A stretch of 20,000 nt of DNA from Toensbergia leucococca (taxonomy: Eukaryota): the NCBI GenBank assembly GCA_022813965.1, contig JALDZS010000023.1, positions 170,321 to 190,320 of the forward strand. The letters are read 5' to 3'. The translations under genes were made by a program, and so were the position numbers. The notes below the pieces were generated by a model. That model had not been told where the DNA came from and made no database searches. It worked only from the letters and a program-made list of their open reading frames with translations. This document shows positions 11,790 to 20,000 of the stretch, in pieces (position 1 is the first letter of the stretch; each line of letters starts with the position of its first letter).

Positions 11790-13331
11790 TTATCTGCTGG
11801 TCCAATTTCTCTCAAAGCTAGGAGGCTCTGCAGGATCATAAGGGCTAGTTCGGGGAGGGAAAGACCCCTGGGCAGGCAGTCCACTGCTAGTAGCTACGAG
11901 TCCTTCTGCATTGGGAAACGGATAGGAAGAGGGACGGTCATATCCTCCAGAATGTGGCGCTACCGTGTTCACTGGCTGCGGTAGACTATGGGCCGTTGTA
12001 TACGCATCTGTGCGCCGTCGAGTATTTCTCCCATGTCCACCACGATCTTCCTGTGCCTGCCATTGTGCACCACCCAAAGATACATTGGCAAGCTGGGCGA
12101 GCCGACGTTGCCTTGGAGATGGAGGGCGTGGGCCAATTCGGACCTGACTTGGAACACTATAGGCCACACCACGGAAATAATCCCTTTCAAGTCGATAGAA
12201 TTCTCGTTCTTCAGCAATGTCCCGAATTTGATGCTCCAACTTTGCAATATTTTGGGAGGTTTCCTTCTCTTTCTCTTTGCGGCGCTGGCGAAATCGAGAG
12301 GAGGCTTTAGCGTTGCGCTTACGTTTCTCGTCAGCCATTTTCGACGCAGCTTGCGTATCAATTGGTACCTGAATGGGACCTTGATCCGTGTCCATGGTCA
12401 TGAGCTGATATGTGTTTTGCCCCATCGTGCTTGGAACCGGGCCATAGGAGCTGTTGGGGCCAAGTGTGATCTGAGGTAAAGTAGAGGTTTCGCCAGGTGC
12501 CGTGTAAGAAGACCCCAGATAAGTCAACGGTTGTGTAGCAGATACGTTGGATGGTGGAGCAGGAGAAGTACGGCTGAGCTGACTGTATGACGAAAATGAA
12601 CTTGGGCTGTCACTTTGGGACGCTGGGGCTTGCGAAGCTCCTCCACCTAGTTGACGATCTGGAGTCTGAGCAGAAACACTTGAGAGGGGGTAAGATGGCC
12701 CAGAGGTAAGAGACCGTAAGGGACCTGCTGATGCTTCTGGAAAGCTAGAGGCTTCAAACCTTGTTTGGCCAAAGTAGTCTTTCGAAACAACAAACGGCGA
12801 GCTTCGCGCATCTATAGTAGCGCTGGGTAAATTTACAGAACCAATGGTTGCAGCACGACCCATCGGCGATCTGGAGACAAGACCTCGACTGGGGGCATAC
12901 CCAGTGGAAGAGGGATGTGTTGATCCCGAAGAAATGACACTGGAGGTTGATCTATCACTCGGGGACTGCCCTGACGTGGTTGCAGGGTATCGTGCGGATG
13001 CTGTCAAAGGACTAGTCTGTGCAGCTACTCGCCGATGATTATGATTTCCTGGAGAATCGGATTGAGAGGGATTCAGTATGTTTTGCATGCGTAAAGGTCG
13101 CTGCTCGGGCTCATTAGGACTTGCTTCGGAAGTTGACAGCGATCCAGTCACTGGTAGCACTGATGGACTCTGTGTCGTGGAAGATCCATAGCCGGCGAGG
13201 GTTGATGCTTTAAGTCTGTAGCCATCGCCAATAGGCGGTAGAGTTCTAGACTGCCTTGAAGAGAATGCTTCTTGGATGCCATCACGAGAAGGGTTGGATT
13301 GGGGAACAGAAACAGTGGACTTCTGTGACAT
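11790..13331 (-). CDS. bZIP transcription factor (~513 aa from the first in-frame ATG; true start may lie further upstream)
   Basis: A long Ser/Pro-rich low-complexity region precedes the basic region ADEKRKRNAKASSRFRQRRKEKE (N-x7-R) and zipper IAKLEHQIRDIAEEREFYRLERDYFR. No intron is needed. The frame stays open upstream to 13871. Confidence 0.85.
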   Translation of the reverse strand: MSQKSTVSVPQSNPSRDGIQEAFSSRQSRTLPPIGDGYRLKASTLAGYGSSTTQSPSVLPVTGSLSTSEASPNEPEQRPLRMQNILNPSQSDSPGNHNHRRVAAQTSPLTASARYPATTSGQSPSDRSTSSVISSGSTHPSSTGYAPSRGLVSRSPMGRAATIGSVNLPSATIDARSSPFVVSKDYFGQTRFEASSFPEASAGPLRSLTSGPSYPLSSVSAQTPDRQLGGGASQAPASQSDSPSSFSSYSQLSRTSPAPPSNVSATQPLTYLGSSYTAPGETSTLPQITLGPNSSYGPVPSTMGQNTYQLMTMDTDQGPIQVPIDTQAASKMADEKRKRNAKASSRFRQRRKEKEKETSQNIAKLEHQIRDIAEEREFYRLERDYFRGVAYSVPSQVRIGPRPPSPRQRRLAQLANVSLGGAQWQAQEDRGGHGRNTRRRTDAYTTAHSLPQPVNTVAPHSGGYDRPSSYPFPNAEGLVATSSGLPAQGSFPPRTSPYDPAEPPSFERNWTSR

Positions 13332-16142
13332 ATGAGACTCGTCCTGGGAGCACTGAATTTCTCGAGGTTCGTGACATTGACGACGGTCTTCTCCTCCCCA
13401 ACGGGTATGGCCCTCCTTGACCTGCAACTGAGAAAGGTATGTCTGAAGTATGGAGCTGAAGTCGGCAATACGTTCCTCGAGGACTTCGTAAGAGTAGGGG
13501 CCGGGAAAGGCAGGAAAGACTGGTGTTCTTGCCTGGGATACAGCCAGGACGGCGAAGGTGCGGGAACGAACGACGTCCCACAGATTCTGTAGTTGATCGA
13601 ATGTAATTTGACTCAGAGGACGTGAATCAGAGCATTTGACAAAAAAGCTGCAAAGATTCCAAAAACACTTTTTCAGGAATGATCGAGAACGTTTCGCAAG
13701 ATATCTAAAGATATAAAGGATGACGTTCAAGTTACACAAGACTTTTTGGAGGTTAGGAACAAATCTGTCGACATTGCACGGGAGGACAGTGGTCAAATAG
13801 TTGGCGGTGAGACTGATGAAAGGCAGCAAAAGGATGATGACACTCGCTACCGAAGGCGGTATCGAACGGGACTAGAAGGAAATCCTTGGGAGGGTGCGGC
13901 TTGACCGGGGAGAAGGGATGGTACGCTAAGACATGGATAAGGTACTCATTCAAAATAGAGTAACAGGTAAATGTGAAGCCAGGGCAGGGCAGGGGGCCTG
14001 GCGGTAGAGTACAAGCTATGAAGGTATCTGTACATGTGTCAGTTGTACTAATTTCCGGGAAACCAGTAGCCAGAAGTTAGTGGTTGGTAAGGTACCTATC
14101 TTTCCTGTACCTACCTGGCCTAGTTAGTGGCCAGTGAGTGTTTCGCGTTCGCCCAGCCCGCAGGACCGGCATGCGCTATGCTAGCCTTCAGCTTTGGAAA
14201 CGGGATCGCTTTGCACGGATTGCCTACACCTATCTTTGCGACAGCCCAAGAAGGCCAGGGCGTCTCGGCGTACGCTGGAGGCTGCTGGATTATTGGGCAT
14301 GTAACATTTCCCAATTGAGCTGTCTCCATGTATCTCTGTATCCCCACTACCGAACAGGCACGGTACATGTACGTGTACCAAAAGTTGAAGGGGAGTAGGC
14401 AGAAAATGAAAGAGAAGGAGAATGAGAAGGCTCCACCGGCTGAATTATGACGAATAACTAGAGTAAGCGTCCCGCCCTGTCTCTTGCATCGCATACATGC
14501 AAGGCGGAACGTAAAAGAAGGAATACTGTCAGAATCATCGAGAGATTAACTGACAGCTTCCGATACGCATTAACCATTAGACCTGGATCATTGAAATCGA
14601 CAATGCCACCGAGCCTTTCCTGGTGGGTAGGATGGTCATTTTAAACCCCTGGCTAGCTTGCGGTTGCTCACCTGTCGGCGTCGTTCCAGGGCTGATGATC
14701 TTGAAGATGGTAAAACCTAGATCAAGATAGAGTAGTACCTCGATATGGAGCAGGCTCTTCTGGGTCCGAATGAGTCGGCATGCTCATTGCCACTTGTTCC
14801 TGGACAACGTCATGCTACATAGAACACCGGCGATCGCAGGCTTGATCAAGTACCTTACCATGAACTGGTGATGGCGGTTCGTCGGTCAGTGCCTCTATAC
14901 GGAGTAGCGTTCGTAGGATTCAACGAGATAACAAACAGCAAATAGTACCTAGGTGCTACTTGAGACACGGTACGTACATACCTACCTACTCCGTACTCGC
15001 GTGTTTCGCACAAAGGCCAATTGTCTGCAGCGCCACGTGGTCCGGGACCCCTGCCACGTGCATGATCGGTCATGTTATTAAGGAGGGCGACATATGACAG
15101 GTTGAGAGGCGGCGGCAGTGCGAATCCTTTTCTTGACAGCGCAGCCTTGGTCGGGCGACTGGTACTCCTCATGCTGCCAACGCACAGGTACATCACTGCC
15201 TGACATCCAACCTGGCCTTACCTACTTAGACGGAGACTCCCAATCGAGCCAAGGCAAGGTATGTGCGTGGCTCCTGCCGTTGTTCAGACTACCTACCTAT
15301 CAAAGTACCTCTCTAGTGGAGCTAGTATGCATGGTGCACATGCATGTCGTGCTTCAAGGCAAGCCTTGGTCTGAGGAATCCATGCATTCCTAAGGTAATT
15401 ATCTTACGGAATATCCTCCCAGCATTGCCTGTGACAAAAGTCAGGCGACACACCATGTACACATTGTCACTGTCACAACTGACGCAATTCATTAAGATCA
15501 GCGACCTTGATCTTCAACTCCTTGTTTCATGGAACAAGATGCACCACCCAACAGATTCCGGCCTAGCTAACGTACCGGAAGTCTGGTCAAGATCAACTTG
15601 CCAACCGACCCCCCTTCGTAGCAAACTATTATGTAGGTACTAAGGTAATATTGCCTGCCTTGGAGCCGCCCCTCGTACTTTGACGAATGGGTTGAAGCTG
15701 GGATAGCCTAGCCAGCCAAGGTCCGTCGGCATCGGGCTGCCGATGCCGCGCAAGATAGAATAATGAAGCCAAGGTCTTGGAGGCTGCTAGACCTCTCATA
15801 ACAGCCACACAGTCGTTGGAACTATCTCTGATGCCACTTCCATTCCTTACGTTTAGCTGCATCCCATCCGAGACTTACTATGAATCAAGAGAAAACGGGT
15901 CAAACAATCTTTCATGCCCATATCCAATGCAATTGTAATGAGAGGACATGGCAATTTCAAAAAAGTTGATTTGGAGCCTGGTAACTTGATAGTCACCGTT
16001 ATCGAAGTGCTAAACAAGCTCGCAAGATACCTACCTAGGTTCCAACCACGTGTAATGCCAAGGAAATCAGAGTCTGCCACACGACATTAGAATGAACAAT
16101 TTGATTGTATTCGTGTGTGGCAGCCACCGACTACCTACGTTG

Positions 16143-17283
16143 TCACCATCTTTTAAATTTGTTTACAGAGAGCCCTATTATGCCCACATTCACCTTGAAC
16201 AAATTTCCCGCATACTTGGTCGATTGATATTCCTTCGGATTCTCCTCTGATGCAGAGGTAATGAAAAGATCCTCTCCAACAAACGCTGGGCAAGTGATGC
16301 ACCGCGTTGGGAGAGATATTTCACCAACAATCTCCCCTTGGGGCGATATCCGAAGAACTCTACCACCACCAAAGACGGCCGTCCAAAGACAACCATCGCT
16401 GTCAATAGCAAAGCCATCCGGAGCCTCTTCTTCCTGCTCAACATGAAAGAAGGTCCTTTGATTAGAAATGTCACCACTTAGGGCATCATAGTCGAATTTG
16501 AAGATGCTCTTTGTCGCTGAGTCGGTAAAGAACATGAATTTGTCATCGGCACTCCAACCAATACCTGATTTACGTTTTAGTCTATTCTCACCGATCATGA
16601 TATATCGAAGGATACCATTAGGGATTGTCACTTTATCAATGACTCGGTGCAGCTTCATGTCCGGGTCCAGACGGAAGAGTACGCCTTCATCACTTGGGGC
16701 TTTGACTTTAGGATCATTCATAGCGCCAGCCCAGAATCTTCCTTGACTGTCTACAGCGCCATCGTTCAGACGCATCCTACAATTCTCTTGTCAGCAAAGT
16801 TTCGACGTACAAGGTCACAGATTACCAATAGACCTCTCTTCTTTACCAAGTCCATCTCGCTCGTCCCAGATCTTCTTGATATATTCGAGTCTCCCTGTCT
16901 TTCGATGGAGAACAGCATATCCACATTTTGCACCTACTACAATCTCCTCATCGATGTTCTCAATATCTGCCGTGACGCTACAATTCAAGATCAGCACTGG
17001 TGCAGACTTTGAGGGTGATCTCTGACCTAACAGCAGCATCGAGGTCAAAGGTCTTCAATGATGATGGCCCCTCGTCGAGGTCAATGACATGCAGTTGTTG
17101 CTTGGCGATATCTACAAAGCGGAGAGAGTGAGAAGTTTTCTCGTAAAAGGGTGCCTCTCCTAGAGCACAATCCAGGTCCAGGTAGGGCTTTTCAGTTTTG
17201 AGCGAGTCTCAGTCGGGTGATGAAACTTGGACAGGCTGCACCAAACGCACCTCGCTGACGATCCAATGCTTAACATCTGCCAT
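16143..17283 (-). CDS. SMP-30/gluconolactonase/regucalcin family protein (~306 aa)
   Basis: Exons 17283-17251, 17187-17027, 16977-16834, 16776-16616 and 16564-16143 splice in frame (921 nt). Motifs: LGEAPFY, RLNDGAVDSQGRFWAGAM, IPNGIGWS, PDGFAIDSDGCLW and TCPAFVG (metal ligands E/N/N/D). Confidence 0.92.
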
Positions 17284-18669
17284 TTTGCTAATCTACTTCC
17301 TCTTTGCAGAAGATTTCGGTAATGCAAATAGAGTGACTACCTTAGTGTGAGGTAGGCTTGCAGATCTACCTATTGATGTCATTAGTAAATCCAAAACCCC
17401 GCCATGCTCCTTCTTCTTTCCCAATTTCTACAGAAAGGTTGATAGCACATGCAGCCAAGTGTTCTGCAAACCTGCAATCTACCATGCCTGAGTAAACATC
17501 TATCAATTAGGTCAGCCATGAACTGCAGATGCAATCCTTCAGCTACGGAGTTTCGCACGGCTGATGTGCATGACTTGCAGCTTGTGCTACTTTGACCCTT
17601 GCGAAATCACAAGCTTGCATACTGCGCCACGAAATTGAATGATTGATGCTCCTGCATGAACGAGGCACAACTTGTTCTTGAGCTCTTTCTTAACGGCAGG
17701 ATGAACTGGGTCAAATGCAATCCTACCACGGGCTTCCTCAAATCGTCACAGGATCTTGATTCGTCTGAAGCCATTTGTGCCCGCCCTTCCGAATCTTCGT
17801 AGTTTTGTCGTACAAGATGTGCCGCGATCAAGCCACTCATACTCATGACATTTACACTTCGGCCGCCAGATGAACACCACTAGATATATGGGAAGACATT
17901 TCACAAAGAGGCTGAAAACAGCATTTACTGTCAATCGAGTCTCAACGCTTGGACCGTTCAGGGTGCATCGATGGATGTCATGCCGCATGGGATTAACCTT
18001 CGTTTCCGCGAAAAGGATGACTGTATGTATGCGCGATGGCTAGACCCGGCCGCTGGCACCCCGTCTTCTGAATCCTACGAACTGTCAAGGATTGTGATAG
18101 ATGCAGTGGCTCGTATTGGGCTGCATGGTTGTCTGTTCAATCCCTGGTACTACCTGTCAACGAAAGTAAATCATTGGCGGCTGGTGGGAAAAATTCCTAT
18201 TCGAGGGACACCACTTAAGGGCAATTGCAGCGGACGAAGGGTGCTCGTGCTGTCCAGGTGCTACTAGATGAGGTAACTCACTTCTGGACAGCACGAGTAG
18301 CTTTACTGCCAATTCAAAGACCGAGCTCATCTGAAAATTGTACCTGTCGCATCGGTCTATCTGACTCAGACCTGTTCCCGTTCTTCTGAAATGAAGTATA
18401 TTTAATGTAATCAATTTATATCCCTATTTACATAGATAATTGCTCTGTAATGAGGTTGAGTTTTTCATTGAGTTTGCATGTAGTATTTTCAACACCTAAA
18501 AATTTATATGAATATTAATGATATAAAGCTCAATTTTAATGAAGATGAGAATGCATAAAAGCTCTACAGCAATCAAGAAAATTTATAATATAAGAATAGT
18601 TCTGCTGTTTGATGTGTTACTAACAGTATAAAGATTGCATAAAGTTAAAGATCAATTGAGTAGTGATAC

Positions 18670-18813
18670 TGTTAAGGATTATCGCATGGGTAGGCGCTAG
18701 CTTCTCAGCAGACTTCGCTAGGAACTACTAGCGTAGCTCGCTTAGCGTAGTTATATAGTCACTTTATAGCTAGGAAATCCACATCTTTACCACCCACGAG
18801 AATTACCTTAACA
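18670..18813 (+). mobile_element. LTR-like segment (144 bp), probably one end of a degenerate LTR retrotransposon
   Basis: TG...CA ends with an 8-bp terminal inverted repeat TGTTAAGG...CCTTAACA, and an internal TATA-like TTATATAG. The flanks (GATAC / GTAGT) do not match, so it is not a clean solo LTR. Orientation is tentative. Confidence 0.65.
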
Positions 18814-19208
18814 GTAGTAGCAACAGTTGGTTTGTCAATAGAACCATCCTGACTTCTATTGACAGTTGAAGCAAACTATCATTGACATCTACACTCCTTC
18901 ATCAACTCATCAAATCTATATCATTTAGTGTACACAATGTATAGACATGATATTACTTTCTTACTTTACTATCTTATCACCTCACCTTTCTGAGATCTTA
19001 AACTATCTGAGCCTTACTCATTTACATTATTATTTATAAGTTTTACCTTACAGTGATTGTCTTTATCATTACTGTTTTATGTATTATAAATAACTTATTA
19101 CTGACTCATTGTTACAGTGCTTTCTTGGAGCTAAGGTAGTTGAGTAAGAATAGATGAGTCAGCAACTCTAAGTGACTTAATATTATCACAGTATATTTAG
19201 TGACTTCA

Positions 19209-19404
19209 TGTCAGGATCAGGCTCAGAGTCTAGTCATGAGAGTATGATTGATAAGAAGACTAAGACTAAAGAAAGAAAGTATCTAGGTGGTAAGTGTTTA
19301 CATACAAATACCCTTGAGTGATGGCGCTAGGCTCAATGTGACTAGGCATGTGTCAATGCTCTTAGGTCAGTGTTAAGGCTTAGTGAGTTAGCTCAGTCAT
19401 AACA
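19209..19404. mobile_element. Solo LTR (196 bp) with 5-bp target-site duplication
   Basis: It begins TGTCAGGA and ends TCATAACA (imperfect inverted termini). CTTCA flanks it on both sides (19204-19208, 19405-19409). Confidence 0.8.
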
Positions 19405-19645
19405 CTTCACACCTAGATAGTTAGACATCTTCTAATTACACTCAGAATTCAGAATCTTAAAAGAGACCCTTGCAAATAATAGCAACAGTATCTGTTGTCA
19501 TTAAGTTACTCATTATTGACTGAGTACACTATCATTTAACTTATTATTGACTGAGTAGAAGTCTCAGGTAATTCTACTCATCAAAGAACTACATTCTTAC
19601 TCTCAAATTTCTCATAGGTTGATTGTTCTCTCAATCTATTAGCAA

Positions 19646-19699
19646 TCTCTATCTAAATTAAATTCTCTATCTAAATTCAATTCTTTATCTAAATTCAGA
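19646..19699 (+). repeat. 18-bp tandem repeat x3
   Basis: TCTCTATCTAAATTAAAT / TCTCTATCTAAATTCAAT / TCTTTATCTAAATTCAGA. Confidence 0.85.
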
Positions 19700-19701
19700 T
19701 T

Positions 19702-20000
19702 ATGACTTTAGCTTTCAGATCTTTTGCAGTAAAACTGATCTTTTTATCAGAATACTCTGACATTCAGAAACCTTTATGAGAGTTGTATTTGAAGTGACTA
19801 AAAGAGAAGAAACAGCAAGAAAAACGCACAGTTATACCTTTTACTTCTTCTTCACCTATTGCTTCTAGATCCCCTTCAGTGACTACTTCTTTGCCTTTAA
19901 CAGTCTTAGGTTAATAAGGCTCTGAGAATCTATCATTAAACACATTACTTTATCAGTATATATGAGATCATCATGTAAAGTCAGTTACATCTATCTCTAC
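19702..20000 (+). pseudogene. Degenerate ORF, possibly a retrotransposon gag N-terminal region
   Basis: The frame reads MTLAFRSFAVKLIFLSEYSDIQKPL*ELYLK*LKEKKQQEKRTVIPFTSSSPIASRSPSVTTSLPLTVLG**GSEN... The TGA/TAA stops are compatible with C>T changes of CGA/CAA. No diagnostic gag motif is seen; identity is inferred from position downstream of an LTR. Confidence 0.35.

Larger units (their letters stand above)
18400..20000. mobile_element. AT-rich, hypermutated (RIP-like) transposon remnants running off the window end
   Basis: There is an abrupt GC drop near 18400, an almost complete lack of CpG outside the first LTR, and no long ORFs. The block contains LTR-like segments and a degenerate reading frame. 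Confidence 0.8.

Noticed and set aside
11954..12479. Several antisense and alternate-frame ORFs over the bZIP domain
   Set aside because: They are shadow ORFs of a real coding sequence.
13705..13775. 38-nt intron that would put the ATG near 13774 in frame with the bZIP
   Set aside because: The donor GTCTTG is weak, the intron is shorter than the others in this window (47 nt or more), and the branch site is poor; it is not excluded without RNA data.
1084..17283. Idea that SDR, amidase, phospholipase, bZIP and lactonase form a metabolic gene cluster
   Set aside because: There is no backbone enzyme or transporter, spacing is wide, all are common families, and synteny cannot be assessed here.
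17607..18414. Short ORFs upstream of the SMP-30 gene
   Set aside because: They are under 100 aa, overlap on both strands and show no motifs or splice support.

Overview
Filamentous ascomycete (Pezizomycotina-type) genomic DNA with short GT-AG introns. Six protein-coding genes were reconstructed by hand: a small conserved-looking protein with an MGSSSS N-terminus (+), an SDR of arabitol/sorbose-reductase type (-), an amidase-signature amidase (+), a GPI-type lysophospholipase/phospholipase B (+), a bZIP transcription factor (-) and an SMP-30/gluconolactonase protein (-). A 724-bp non-autonomous Tc1/mariner-pogo-type element (22-bp TIRs, TA target duplication) lies at 7795-8518 and carries a 32-bp hairpin almost exactly at its centre. 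From about 18400 the sequence is an AT-rich, CpG-stripped transposon region with an LTR-like segment (18670-18813), a nested solo LTR (19209-19404, 5-bp TSD CTTCA) and a stop-riddled ORF. The most notable observation is a 180-codon, Met-free, in-frame extension upstream of the bZIP's first ATG. No database searches were run; product names come from recognised motifs.
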